NCBI GenBank assembly: GCA_048772705.1
Contig: JBLWGC010000043.1
Span: 372,001 to 436,000, forward strand
Source of the DNA: Leidyana gryllorum EB-2025a
Taxonomy: Eukaryota; Protista; Apicomplexa
Length of the DNA stretch: 64,000 bases
Direction: 5' to 3'
Both the position numbers and the translations under genes were made by a program. Under the pieces are notes generated by a model. The model was not told the origin of the DNA and searched no databases. It saw nothing but the letters and a program-made list of their open reading frames with translations. Numbering within the stretch: position 1 is the stretch's first letter; every line of letters starts with the position of its first letter. Shown piece by piece: positions 1-12,886 of the stretch.

Positions 1-144
1 CGGCAGCGGTGCGAGTTCGACTTTCGCCAACCCCCATACAGCAGATTCGCAGCCCTTCTAATGCGGAAATTCACAATGCCGAAAGCATAACTTTCAATCA
101 TAGCAAACAATGTTCAAGCTTAACTAATCTCGACTAAAAAATAC

Positions 145-2822
145 TCAACCACTGCAGGCGTGACAAATCTCGTCATCCGGATTATACTGATAACCAGGCT
201 TCTTCCTTGGACAAGCGAAAGGCACTTCTGCTGAGTTCTCCTTGTTATCGCCAACTGCTGTGGTGGCGTGTGATGGAGGGGCTTCGGCGGGGACAGTGGG
301 TCTATCCGTCACCTTAGCCTGCTGTACCGTAGCCTTGTCCACCGTGAATTTGATGGCGTCGACTGCTGCTTGCGTTCGCAAGTAGTACATTCCAGTCTTG
401 AGACCTGCGCGCCATCCGTAGAAGTGCATGGAGGAAAGTTTAGCAAACGTGGGGTTCAGAACGTAAAGATTCAAAGATTGGCTTTGATCAATGAATGGAC
501 CACGCGCGACCGCGAGATCAATCAGAGTCCGTTGCTTGATCTCCCACACAGTCTTGTAGATCTGCTTCATGTCATCACCAATCTCAACTATGTTCTGAAT
601 ACTGCCATTATTAGCAATCAGTCGTTGCTTCATTGCCTCATCCCACAGTCCACGTTTGATCAGGTCACGGAGGAGATGTGGATTCACAACAAAGAACTCG
701 CCGCTAAGAACCCTTCTCGCATAAATGTTTGATGTATAAGGCTCGAACGATTCGCAATTGCCCAGAATCTGAGAAGTACTGGCAGTGGGCATCGGCGCTA
801 GCAAGAGACTATTCCTCATGCCGTGTTCCTTGATTTGTTCTCTCAACGTGGCCCAATCCCACATTCCACTGAGCGCAATAGGAGCGAACTCAGATGGTAA
901 TGTGCCCTTTTCGAGTGCCTCATCGTACGAGCTGCCAGGATTCAGCCGTTCGTATTTCTGACGTCGTTCCTGATTCCACATGTCGAATTGGAGAATTCCT
1001 TCGCTTGCGGGACTTCCTTTGAACGTACTGTAGGGACCTTCCTCCTTCGCCAGCTCCATGCTCATCTCGCAAGCGGCAAAGTATATTGTCTCAAATATCT
1101 TCTTGTTCAGCTCCATTGCCTTCTCACTCTCATATGGGAGCCTCATCAACATCAAAGTATCAGCAAATCCTTGTACGCCCAAACCAATTGGACGGTTTCT
1201 CATGTTGGAACGATAGGTCTCGGGAACAGGATAGTGGTTCCGATCGATCACGCGGTTGAGATTTCGAGTCACTACTTTGGCGACTTGGTAGAGGCGGTCG
1301 TAATCAAATTCTATATTGTCTTGCTTATCCGCCAAGTCGTTTAAGCTCTCCTCGACCTTAACGAACTTCGGCAAAGCGATACTAGCTAAGTTGCATACTG
1401 CAATTTCGTCCGGGCTGGTGTACTCCACAATCTCGGTACACAGGTTGCTGCACTGTATTGTGCCCAAATTCTTCTGATTGGATTTCCGATTGGCGCTGTC
1501 TTTATATACCAGGAAAGGATTTCCGGTCTCTATCTGGCTCTGTAGTATAGCGAACCACAGCTGTTGTGCTTGTACAGTCCTCACTCCACGTCCTTCCCTC
1601 TCATATCTCGTGTAAAGCTCATTAAATTCTTCTCCGTGTGCTTCCGGAAGACCAGGACACAAGTGAGGACACATCAGCGTCCATTTGTCATTCGTCTGTA
1701 CCCTCTCCATGAATAAATCACAGACCCACAAAGCGTAGAATAGATCCCGGGCTCGCGTTTCTTCTTTGCCATGATTCTTTCTCATGTCCACGAACTCGAA
1801 GACGTCCGCATGCCAAGGCTCCAAGTAGATAGCGAAAGAGCCTTTGCGTTTCCCTCCTCCTTGATCAACATAGCGAGCGGTATCATTGAAGACCTTGAGC
1901 ATGGGTACGATACCATTGGAGCGGCCGTTGGTTCCAGCAATGTAAGTACCTGTAGCCCTGATCTTATGGATGGCGAGCCCAATCCCTCCTGCCGACTTGC
2001 TTATCAACGCACACGATTTCAATGTGTCGAAAATGCCCGCGATGGAGTCTTCAGTCATTTGCAAAAGGAAGCAGCTGGACATTTGGGGTTGCGGGAGACC
2101 ACTGTTGAACAAGGTGGGAGTAGCATGTGTGAAGAATTTCCGACTCATCAGCTCGTAAGTCTCAGCAACTCGTTCCATATTGCCGCAATGAATTCCACAA
2201 GCTACCCTAAGGAATAGCTGTTGGGGCCGCTCCACCACCACGCCGTGCATCCTCAACAAATACGACCTATAACGATTTGACGGGCAAAAGAGAAGTCATT
2301 TACCTTTCCAATGTCTTGAATGCGAAGTAGTCGAACTCGAAATCGCGCGAGTACTGAATGATCTTGTTCAATGAAGCGCTATTTTCTTGTATGAAATCGT
2401 GAACATCTTTGGCAATCAATGATGCACTCCTTCCTTGCTTATCTTGATATTGATGAAGATCTCTTATGACCTTGGCGAAATCGTCGCTCGTGTTCTTATG
2501 TAAATTTGACACCGAAATACGGGCGGCAAGCTTGGAAAAATCAGGATGGGTGGCAGCCATGTAAGCACATGTTTGTGCCGCCAAATTGTCTAGTTCAGAC
2601 GTTGAAATGCCACTGAACATCTGGTGAGGGTCGTGAAAGCCAAGTAGATCCCTGACAACTCACCCCATTGATCACAGCTTGCGCCACCTTAGTAGGGTCG
2701 ACCAGAGGATGTAATCCTTCTGCTAACTTGGATATCCGCATAAGAATCTTGTCGAACTTGACCGGTTCGCGATCGCCATGACGATTGATGACAAACATTG
2801 ACACAGGCTGAATTTCAGACAT
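145..2822 (-). CDS. RNR1: Ribonucleoside-diphosphate reductase large subunit (class Ia); 3 exons, introns 2621-2663 and 2267-2303
   Basis: N-terminal ATP cone ([17 protein letters not shown]), [21 protein letters not shown] catalytic loop, [24 protein letters not shown] and C-terminal CxxC (CHACSG). Both GT-AG introns join the ORFs in frame. Confidence 0.98.
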
Positions 2823-2834
2823 TGTTTGCAAATC

Positions 2835-2842
2835 GCGCGAAA
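2835..2842 (-). promoter_or_regulatory. E2F-type site TTTCGCGC in the RNR1/DHHC divergent promoter
   Basis: Exact match to the TTTSSCGC consensus, 12 nt upstream of the RNR1 ATG. RNR genes are classic E2F targets. Confidence 0.45.
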
Positions 2843-2907
2843 GACACGGTGTCTCGTCTCGAAGGCATATTGTGCCTTTTGGCTACGATACTCAAAAAAA
2901 ATTGCCT

Positions 2908-4042
2908 ATGTGGATGGCACAGTGGCGGCCACTCCTTTTCCGGCTTGCACGTCCATTACTTTACATTTTGGCACCAATAGCACGCATACTGTTGGTGAGC
3001 CCAAATTGATCCATTGCCAAGTCGTTGAGTAGTACTTGATAGAGAACAGCGTGCGAATACTGGGTCGTTGTCTAGTAGGTAGTTGGTTTGACGCTCGCTG
3101 AATCCCTCCTCAGATCGTGCTGGCAGTGGTGCTGATCGCTTTCCTGACCCTTCTAACTCTACGTATCAGGAGAGGATTTTTCTTTGCGCTGCCACATGGG
3201 CCGATCTGCCTGCTGGCTGGGACGTACCTCCTGGTTAATGTGATAGTATCCTACTTCCGCATCGTGACCACTGGTCCAGGATGGGCCCCACTAGCAGATG
3301 TACGTAGTGTGCTTTCGACGGTGAAGTAATCTGAATCTCCAGGAATACCCGTTGGTGCCCTTTCGGATTTGCACTAAGTGTGAGTGAGCATCTGTGGCGT
3401 CGGAATGCTCCACCTTTTAGGCGATCCTGGGCGGTTGCGCGCCCCACGAACACATCATTGCAGTGTCTGTAGCAGATGCGTACGCCGCTTGGATCATCAC
3501 TGCCCTTGGATCAATGGCTGCGTCGGCGAAGATAATTATCATTACTTCCTATCCTTCGTCATGTGGGCCGCAATTGGGGCTATTTACGTTGCGTCACTGT
3601 TACTGTGGCCCTTCTGGGAGATCATCGTACAGGTAAGGGCCTGCGTGTACATTCATCTCCAGCACAGAGCCGGGAGACATTCGGGTCTTTGTCAGACCGC
3701 GAAGAAGAGTTCTTACTACTGGCTTTCAGTCTGTCTTGTGCTGTAAGTCTTGATTATCCTTTCGACATTTACCCAGTTGAGTGTGACGCTGTCCATCCTG
3801 GGCATATTTCACGTTTACCTGACACGGACTAACCGGACAACGCTCGAATTTCATCTACAAATCCCTGTAGACCCGGCGGCACCCACAGTAAGCTGCGGAC
3901 GGTGAGAAGCACACGTGTTCGGCACAAACAGATCGTTGACACTGTGAAAGCAAGTGGTGTTTTTCGGTGGCCTCGCGTTCTGTGGAGCTCTGCAGCAGGT
4001 ATGTTTTCAGACAAGGCTATTCAAAACCCCCTTTGCCCATAG
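2908..4042 (+). CDS. DHHC-type palmitoyltransferase (multi-exon; 3' end approximate)
   Basis: RAPRTHHCSVCSRCVRRLDHHCPWINGCVG..NY.YF cysteine-rich domain, upstream TM helices and TGPG, downstream NRTTLE (TTxE) motif. Confidence 0.92.
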
Positions 4043-4117
4043 ACTACTGCCAACCCGTGCCCCCGGTTGAGATCGAAGTTGTCTCCCACGCAGTTTGATA
4101 GAAAAATTGACAATAAC

Positions 4118-5310
4118 ATGCAATCTAAGATGGTCTTGAAGGTGCAGAATATGTCTGTGGCAGGTTCACTCGGGCCATTCCGATTGGGTTTGTGCTCTGT
4201 GAGAAAGCCTTTCTTTACCCCTCAAGGGAGTGCTTTACGGTCAATAGCTCTGCAACAACCGAAATGGCTCCTGCCCAGGATCTCAACCTGGCAAACTCCG
4301 CGATTTATGAGTGACGAGCAGTTGCGGAGTACAGCTCCCGCTCCCCCCAAGCACTTCATGTCGCGAGGAAATGACAATCCTATTGCCCGCACTACTCCGA
4401 GGTCGGACATTGCCCGTGAAGAGGCGGATAAGCATTGGTAGGTAGGCTGGCTGATGCGCACAATGTTGCTTGCAGGGAGAGTGAGACTAAGGTCACGTTG
4501 CCGCATCCTGTATGGAGCACAGAGACCGTGCAGGCTGTCCGGTAAGAACATAGTCTTCCCGGTGACGAATATTCACAGAGAAACACATTACCGACCGAAC
4601 CGAATCCATGATCTCCTAGCCTACGTGTCTGTCAAGGCATTACGTACCGGATTTGATCTCATTTCGGGTTATTCCTTAGGACTGGTCGACGAAAATGGTT
4701 GGCTAAATCGTATCATTTTCCTCGAAACGGTAGCCGGAGTTCCAGGTGAGCTAGAAGGCCAATCGGAACATCCGCTCGTCAGGTCTCGTGGCCGCAATGG
4801 TCCGACATTTGAGATCACTGCGTCGCATGGAACGAGATTACGGATGGATTCACACTTTACTTGAAGAAGCTGAGAACGAACGGATGCACTTGATGACTGC
4901 ATTGCAGTTAAAGAAGCCTGGACTATTCTTCCGCTTGTTTGTGTTATTCACTCAAGGCGTATTCTTACCTTTCTTTACGACCGCGTATCTCCTATCACCG
5001 AAGTATGCCCACCGATTTGTGGGCTATTTGGAGGAGGAGGCTGTACATACTTATACACACTTGCTTGACTGCATCCGCGATGGGAAATTGCCCGTTTTCA
5101 GCAAGCTCGAGGCGCCCGTTATCGCCAAACAATACTGGGAATTGGCAGATGATGCCAGTTTCAATGATTTGATATATGCCATCAGAGGTAGGGATGTTCT
5201 CATGTACCTGCTATACGTTATCAGCCGATGAGTCGCATCATCGGGATGTGAATCACACATTCGCCTCGATGAGTAGCAAGGATCCCAATCCTTTTGGCCC
5301 TGGTGCTTGA
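4118..5310 (+). CDS. AOX: Mitochondrial alternative oxidase
   Basis: LETVAGVPG, LEEAENERMHL, FVGYLEEEAV and spliced IRADESHHRDVNH di-iron motifs; basic N-terminal presequence. Confidence 0.97.
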
Positions 5311-5362
5311 CTTCCTTAGTAGTATGCTACATTTTCGGTTAGACACTCAAACAGATTGTAGA

Positions 5363-6222
5363 TTACACGTTACTAGCTGGACATACATCGCGACAACCTG
5401 TGAAGGCTGTGGGGAGGCGGGGATCTATATTTCCATGGAATCTCTGGGGGGGGAAGTCTGCTCGATTTGACACCCACTGTCTTTGCGATACGACTCTTGC
5501 ATTGCGTAGCCTGGGGTCGTCCGGAGTCATTCCGGGAGGCAAGACTAAGGTGTGGATGTGCAAGGCTTGTTGGGTGCCCAAATCCTAATCCTGCGAGTAT
5601 GGTGACCGCTTACTAAATATGGCCCACCTGTATTTGTGCGTTCCATTCATGCCTTGGCTGACAATCGGTGGCACAGCCTGGGGATGGCTGAGGTTTTGGT
5701 GCCTCTTGAGGCATATTCCCAAGCCCTTGCCCGTGACCCCCACTAGCTGCAGGCTCTGCCTGAACGTAACATGGGCTCGGGGGAGGCTCGGCGTGGTAAG
5801 CGACGCCTCTGAAAACAGGCCGGGAGGGGCCCTGTGCAGGCAGATCGCACCACTGGCAGTCAGTCCGTCGAACTGGTCGTCGTTCCACATAGTATGTTAT
5901 ATCCTCATAACGGTCTCTATACCTAGGATACGTTTCAGTGAGCGGTTCGATTATCTCACCCGGGCGTATACTCCACTGAGCAACAGCACAATGTGTCTTG
6001 AACGCACTTGTAGGTCTGTTGAATTATCCTTTTAATACATTTGCTGGCGCTTTGACAAAGAGTCTGACCGCTGTTGCGGTACTTGAAGGTCAACCACGGC
6101 TTTCGTGGGAATCTTCGATCGCGGCATTCATCACAATCCGAGCAGTAATCGGGGACGTCTTGATCAGCTCTGATGCATTCCATCGGGTGCCGACAGTACG
6201 GGCATTCGCATCGGTGTTGCAT
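5363..6222 (-). CDS. Hypothetical Cys-rich protein (about 3 exons)
   Basis: A GT-AG intron joins ...CCCSVEYTPG to YRDRYEDITYYVERRPV in frame; several CxxC/CxC pairs; no recognised homologue. Confidence 0.5.
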
Positions 6223-6320
6223 TCTGGACTTCGTATAGGTTGCACTACTTTTGCACGTGTACGGCACATTATCTGCTTGACCATGTCGGCACGCGAAGTC
6301 TGGTACTATTGTGATCAAAC

Positions 6321-9300
6321 ATGGCTTTGCGGCTGTTCTGGGCGTGTGTACTATTGCCAACGGCAGCCATAAGGCTCGATCCGGGCGAGCGAAGGATGCC
6401 TCCACTGGTGGCTGCTCGTCTGGGCCACGATGCCACACAAGAGCTGACCGTGTCTCCGGATGAACTGGAAGATTTGCGAAATCTCTTGGAGCTTCTACCG
6501 GAGGAACTATTCGGGGGTAATGCCGAGTTCGGGTCCTCTGAGGGAGGCTTGGGAGAGAATGGCGAGTTTGATGCCGAACGGGAGCTTATGAAAGAGCTTG
6601 GCTTGATGTCTGACGCATTTGATGACCTGAACAATTCTGAGGACGAGGTATTGGACCAAATGCTCGCCCCTCAACTCGACATCGATGAAGAAGGCGCGGT
6701 GATCGGGCCATTAGAGTCCGGATTTGTGGGGCCCACTATTGAAGGGTCTGCAAATCTGCGAGAAGCCAAAGCAGCTGCGTGTCAACAAAGCAATCTCCAG
6801 CATTTGAATGATGCGATAGCACATGAAGCTGCTCTCGAAGCAGAGCAAGATTTGGAGGAAGTGCGAGCCGCGGGATCTGCTGTGACACCCGTTGCACGAC
6901 AGCCATCTGCCCCAACCACAATTACGCCTGAGCAGCAAGTAGTCCATAGTGCCAACGATGGTGCTTTGAACCCTGTTACCGGTGTGATAGCCCCCACGGA
7001 GCTGTCAAATAATCCAGAGGCCATTCCCAATGGCTCGCTGCGACCTAAAGGGGGGTCACAGAGCAGCAAGGCAGACTCTACACATCCGAACGGCCCTGCA
7101 AGTTCAGCCGAGTCAACCGGGTCGAATGAGTTTCGAGCCGAAGAAGATTCGTATGAGGCCATTCAAGCAGCCGTTCTCCCGAAATGGGATACGGGCTCGT
7201 TGTTGAACTGGAGCAATCTGACTATCGCGGAAGCTTGGCGCGCCTTGCTGGGTCAGAATGTGTTGGCCGTAGACGGTCCGATTGATCCCAGACATTTGCT
7301 TTTGCCGTTGACGAGCAAAGCATTCAACGATAAAAGCTCAATGGTTCCTCCGATGCCCAGCGGCATTCCGGCTAACCGATTTGCGTTACCGAATTCCAAT
7401 ATCCTCTTCAATTCATCGGTAGAGAGTGTTGCGTCTCGGCTATCAAGGGATGATGTGCAGTATATGCCCAATGGTTGCGTGTTACTACCCTACGAGGCGC
7501 CCATGTCCACCTTTCCAGATCTGGATGGCCTGCTGTCGGCCGATGGAAGTATCGAGCTATGCTCCAGTGGTGTTGGGAGGTGGATTCCCGCGTCCCCCGC
7601 GCCCTCGGCGAGGTTCGCTCAAGTCCGGAAAGGAGATGACAAACTTGAAGAAGGCGTAGATCTGGACAAGAAGATATTCAAAAAGTCACCCGCTTGGAAG
7701 GTGGATAAGAAGAAGAAGAAAGATCCGAAGTCTAAGAACGATGACAAGGAGGTCGACGCTGAGAAGACAGCTTCAAGTGCAGACACCAGACGGAGGTTAT
7801 TCAATAGGTCGAGGGCTTGGATCCGTCGCTGGTGGAGTCGGTACGGATCCAGGAGGTCTCGGACGGCAGATTTCGCAGCCATTGCCACCAGAGCAGTAGC
7901 GGAGGTAAGAGAGAAGTTTGATACCTGAAATTGAGTGGATGTTGTTAGTACTGGTACACTGGACAATGTCAGCGGAACTTTGGCTTACAGTGCCCTCTCC
8001 ATTGGACTTACAATGAGACGGGCCGATATTGCTACGCACCGGCTGGGTACAAAGGGAACTGCGGGAAGCTTAGACTAAGTTGGATCAAAAACCGGTGGAG
8101 CTCATGGACGAGAAGTTATCTGAACCGTGTAGCCACGAGGTGCTTAGTTGAATGGCCGTGCCTACTCCCATATGAGAGACAACTGGACAACGACACCGCG
8201 TGTCCGATGTATTGGACCCATTTGTACACGGACGATACCATCAACCTCTGCTTGGCTCCGGATGGTGTCCGTTCGTGTTCTCCGGTGTTGGAGACCCGCA
8301 GTATGTCGCCTCTTAATCGTGCAGAGTGGGCAGAGAGCTGCGACGAAGATTGGCCGCTGACCGCTGATGCAATGGAAATAGCTATGAGCAGACGGGAGTT
8401 GTGGTGGGCAGATCCGAGCAAATATACCCCGGGAGAGTTGAGTGAGGCTTTGGCGGGTTTAAAGGGGTACAGCCGAGGGGTCTCGGAACACCTTGCAGTC
8501 TCTGCGAACGGTCCAATAGATTGGGTGACAGGCAGTGTGGTGGACGCTGTGGGTTCTTTTCCCTTGGAGCAATGAGAAGTAATCTAGCTGGGTTCGAAGA
8601 GCGAGCAGCGAACAATGCTGCGATGCTCAGAGACACTGTGAGAGTTTCCATCCACTGACTGACTGACTAACGTGCATCAGCTGTTCATTTCTGTGGCGAT
8701 CGGTATTCTGGTGGGCTGGTTGTGGGCCCTGTTCGGTAAAGCGTAAGCGCGAGGGTTGTTGATGTTGGCAGCACAAGTTGTGAGGGCTGCAGAGTGTTCA
8801 TATGGCCCCAAATCCTGTATCGATGGGTTCGGGCCCGTCGGTCGTCAGCGGCCGACAGAGCAGTGACGGGACAGTCATCGTCGAGTTTGGCGAAGCGAGA
8901 GGGGGTGGCGAGTAGCGGTTCGGCCGAAGAGAGCTATTTTCCTCCACTGGAAGTGCTGAAGAACTGCTGTTGTAACAATGCAGACGGTGAAAATGTGAAC
9001 CCGGCTGGAGTACCTCCTACAGGTCTGGCTGCGAACGGAATGTCAGTAACGTATCCAATATTCAATTCTGGCATGGGGACAGGGCAGCTCCTACGCGGGC
9101 GTAGTCGTTCCCAGTCTCAGGTGTCGATTCCAAGTACTGACTCGGAGGAAAGCCGCGGGTTGTGCCTAATCACCGAGAGCAGGCGGTCAGAGGTGGTGGC
9201 GAGTGTTTCGGGTCCGATTTTTGCCTGCGAGACTACGAGGGCGAGGAGCGAGAGTCGGTGGACGAGCACGATGAAGGCAATTAGAAGGGGTAATGGAAGG

Positions 9301-9321
9301 ATAAAAAGCGATGAGAAATGA
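6321..9321 (+). CDS. Signal-peptide protein with long acidic/low-complexity N-terminus, two CPW-WPC-type domains, a TM helix and a cytoplasmic tail
   Basis: Signal peptide MALRLFWACVLLPTAA. An intron at about 7905-7948 extends the 535-aa ORF into CQRNFGLQCPLHW...CYAPAGYKGNC...CLVEWPC and CPMYW...CLAP...WAESCDEDWP. TM helix LFISVAIGILVGWLWALF; a further intron joins ORF 8794-9321 in frame. Confidence 0.7.
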
Positions 9322-9407
9322 TGAGCAACTGCAGGTTTGTTGTGGCCAAGGCGAAGGGTGGAGCACGAAATCGAAATCGTCCCCATCACTTCACCTTGCC
9401 CAGTATA

Positions 9408-9441
9408 GTGAGTGAGTGAGTGTTAGTAGTTAGTTAGTTAG
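9408..9441. repeat. (GTGA)n/(GTTA)n microsatellite in intergenic/3' region
   Basis: gtgagtgagtgagtgttagtagttagttagttag read directly. Confidence 0.7.
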
Positions 9442-9638
9442 CGGACAAGAATCCTTTGGAAGTGTCTATGATCAAGCACGCTTTTGGGACACCGTGGATG
9501 TGTAAAATGATTCGAGTCCCCAAAATTCCTTACTAGCCGCTTGCAAGCTCTCGTCGTTCCTACTCGGTAACTGGCAGTGCTTTTCTTTGAGCAGCGCTTC
9601 GGTGGCGAATTTTTCAGTTGGCGAGACGAAACCCTGAG

Positions 9639-11189
9639 ATGGCGACTGTAGCAGCAGCAGATCCGCCCACAGCGACGGGTGGAGAGAATCAGGCTGGAGC
9701 CTCCAACAATACGACTTCCACCTCCTCTTCCAATCCTCCTCAGGTGGCTGCCCCGGCGCCCCCCAAGGAGACTTCTACAACCACTCCAGCGCCCGCAGCA
9801 GCGCCCCCGGCTACAACCGCACCGAACGCCCCTACTGACAATTGGGCTGAACGTGGCAAACCCAAGCCTCGTGATGTCCGCGTCCGCACCGAGGACGTGA
9901 CCAAAACTCGCGGCACTACCTTCGACGAGTTCTTCCTCAAAAGGGAGCTTCTAGTTGGCATATATGACATGGGTTTCGAAGTTCCCTCCCCCATCCAGGA
10001 GGAGTCGATCCCGCTGGCACTCGCTGGCCGCAATATCCTTGCTCGAGCCAAAAATGGTACTGGCAAGACTGCCGCCTTCGTCATCCCGATGCTGGAGAAA
10101 GTGAATACAGCCCAGAGGAACATCCAGGGCCTGGTTCTGGTCCCGACTCGCGAGCTGGCCCTCCAAACATCATCGGTCGTCAAAGATCTCGGCAAGCACA
10201 TGGGCATTCAATGTATGGTTTCCACTGGAGGCACCTCACTTCGAGAGGACATTCTGCGTCTCTATAATCCGGTCCACATTCTCGTGGCGACTCCTGGCCG
10301 TATCTTGGATCTGGCCAACAAACAGGTGAGCGAGCCTTCGGGGTGGCCGTTGCTTATTTCATCTTCTTTTCTTCACTTCAGGTGGCGGATCTTTCCAATT
10401 GCTCCATGTTGGTTATGGATGAGGCGGACAAACTGCTCTCTCTGGAGTTGCAGCCAATTTGTGAAGAGTTGTTGAGCTATCTGCCCGCGGAGCGTCAGAT
10501 CTTGCTATTTTCGGCAACCTTCCCGGTCACCGTGAAGGACTTCCGGGACCGCTACTTGGAAGACGCCCACCAAATCAACCTCATGGATGAGCTCACGCTG
10601 AAGGGTGTCTCACAATTGTACGCCTTCGTCGAGGAGAGACAGAAAGTTCACTGCTTGAACACCTTGTTCGCCAAGGTAAGCTGACAAAACAGGTGCCGCT
10701 CACCGGTTTCTTATTCTTGTGCAGCTACAAATCAATCAAGCAATTATCTTCTGCAACTCCGTTGCGCGTGTCGAGCTGCTGGCCAAGAAGATCACGCAGT
10801 TGGGATATTCATGCTTCTTCATCCACGCCAGGATGATCCAGGCCCACCGAAACCGAGTCTTCCACGACTTTAGGAACGGAGCATGCCGCTGCTTGGTGTC
10901 TTCGGGTAAGTAATTGACTGACTACTCGAGCCTCCATGCCGCCTCTTCAGACCTCTTCACCCGCGGTATCGATATACAATCCGTCAACGTTGTGATCAAC
11001 TTCGATTTCCCCCGCAATGCTGAGACTTATCTTCATCGTATCGGACGTAGTGGCAGATTCGGCCATCTGGGTCTAGCCATCAACCTAATCACTTACGAAG
11101 ACCGCTTCAACCTCTACAGGGTCGAACAAGAGTTGGGAACTGAGATTCAGCCGATTCCTTCCCAGGTCGACCCCGCCCTCTACACCTAG
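9639..11189 (+). CDS. DHH1: DEAD-box RNA helicase DDX6/Dhh1/DOZI (4 exons)
   Basis: [43 protein letters not shown] and [12 protein letters not shown] motifs; introns at about 10326-10381, 10676-10724 and 10906-10950. Confidence 0.97.
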
Positions 11190-11790
11190 ATCAGCTCGTT
11201 TCTTCGGGGGTGACCGACCGTCGGCGCGATCCCGCCTGGCTTAGTCAATCCTAGAACCCTAAGGGTGCCAATGCTCACTTATTCGCTTCAATCAAACAAG
11301 CCCATCGAGAATTCCGCTCCAACAAAACTCTGAGAGCGGCGACATCAAGATAGCAAGCTGCCGCGATTTATCCATGCTTATCGTGTGCAAACGATCGTTG
11401 CCTTCCATGTTGCCATTTTCACTTCCCTTCGACACCATGTTACATATTGATGATGATGCTGACCGAAGACAAACAACTTCGAACGTTCCCATAATGGACA
11501 CTCACAAACACATTAGCTCTCTGCCGTAGAGGGTCAGTTGTTCGATCGATAAACCGCGGGGGGAGGGGCGGCGTTAGCAGAAATGCTGATGGGTGGTGCA
11601 TGTGTCTGTCCACATCTGTCCGTGTCCACCGTGTTTGTCTCTCTTTACCCTCCGAATTCTAGCGATACCTAGCTGCTGACCGACTAATTTGTGGATCGAT
11701 AGGGAGACAAACGTTTTGATACAATGAAGGGAGGAGTAGGAGGGGAAGTTATGGTATGGTGTTGTGGTAGACTTGACCACTTCACTCCGA

Positions 11791-12825
11791 TCAGAAGACC
11801 AATTCCACTCTTCGGAGTCGCTTGACGACTTCTGTGTTTTCGCTTGCTTTGCACTCCATATTCATGGCGAGGACGGCCCAGACCATCAGGAAAGTGACGC
11901 CAGCCGAAAGCAAAAACCAGACAATGCCGTAAACTCTGGCGGAGCCTCCATATTCCTCAGCGATCATCACAGCGTCACTCTTTCCTGTGAATCAGTCAGT
12001 GCCGCTTGGTCGAGGATCTGGGGGGACGCAGTGTCTCACCTTGTTGTTCATTGCTGATTTTGTGGCAGACTGTATCATGAATGACATCATACATTGCATA
12101 ACAAGTGCATAGTGTTCCAATGACCAACAGGCTGATTTGCAGCGGATCGATTTTCGGGCTTCGCTTCTGATCCCAGATCCAGAAGCCAACCATCATTGCA
12201 CCCAACAACCAAATAGACACAGCCAGAATAAAGCCTTTGACGTGCTTACAAGACGTCAAACGCGTATTCTTCATACGCAAGAAAATCGGGGCCAGAACAC
12301 ATAGCGCGATGAAGATGGTCGCACCCACGTACTTGGCTACTCCCCAAACGGCAAATACCATGAAGATACATCCAAAGAAAACCGTTCCGGGGTAGCCCGC
12401 TTGCAGTATTAGCCATCGTTTACCCCCAGTCGTGAGAGTTAGGCCTCCAAATTTCTCGTCAATCTAATGTGGAGAAAGAGATTTAGTAAAGAGGCAGAAT
12501 GTCGCCGGAAGGAGGGGGGTGTTCGTTGTGGGTGCGCACTCGAACGGGTGTTGTCAATGACATGCACCGAGCGACATTGCTCAGTCGGGACGCATTTCGT
12601 GACCGGGCTCAAACGTGGGGAGAGGAGGCTCACCTCGATACCTTTCACCTTTCCCCCAGTAACGATGGCCATGAGAGCGTGACAGCATTCGTGTATGAAA
12701 ACAATGACCAACTTGAGGGGGGCTAGGAGCGTGAAATGGAAGAGGAAAATACTTAAGGTCGCTGCAATGGAGATGGTGGTGATATCCACTATCTGCCTTG
12801 TATTGCAGCAACAGAATTGTGGCAT
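11791..12825 (-). CDS. Peptidase M50B-like membrane metalloprotease
   Basis: VFIHECCHAL (HExxH) followed by TGGKV.GI, AGYPG, several TM helices, YD..D and SDA motifs across spliced exons. Confidence 0.8.
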
Positions 12826-12886
12826 TGACAAAAGCTAAGAAAAGTCGGGAAGCACGCTTTATGTAACATGTGACCCCACACACGAG

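Noticed and set aside
8100-8135. In-frame TGA before the CLVEWPC motif as readthrough or selenocysteine
   Set aside because: It lies just upstream of a ctgaaccgtag acceptor, so it is most simply intronic. TGA is used as a normal stop elsewhere in the window.
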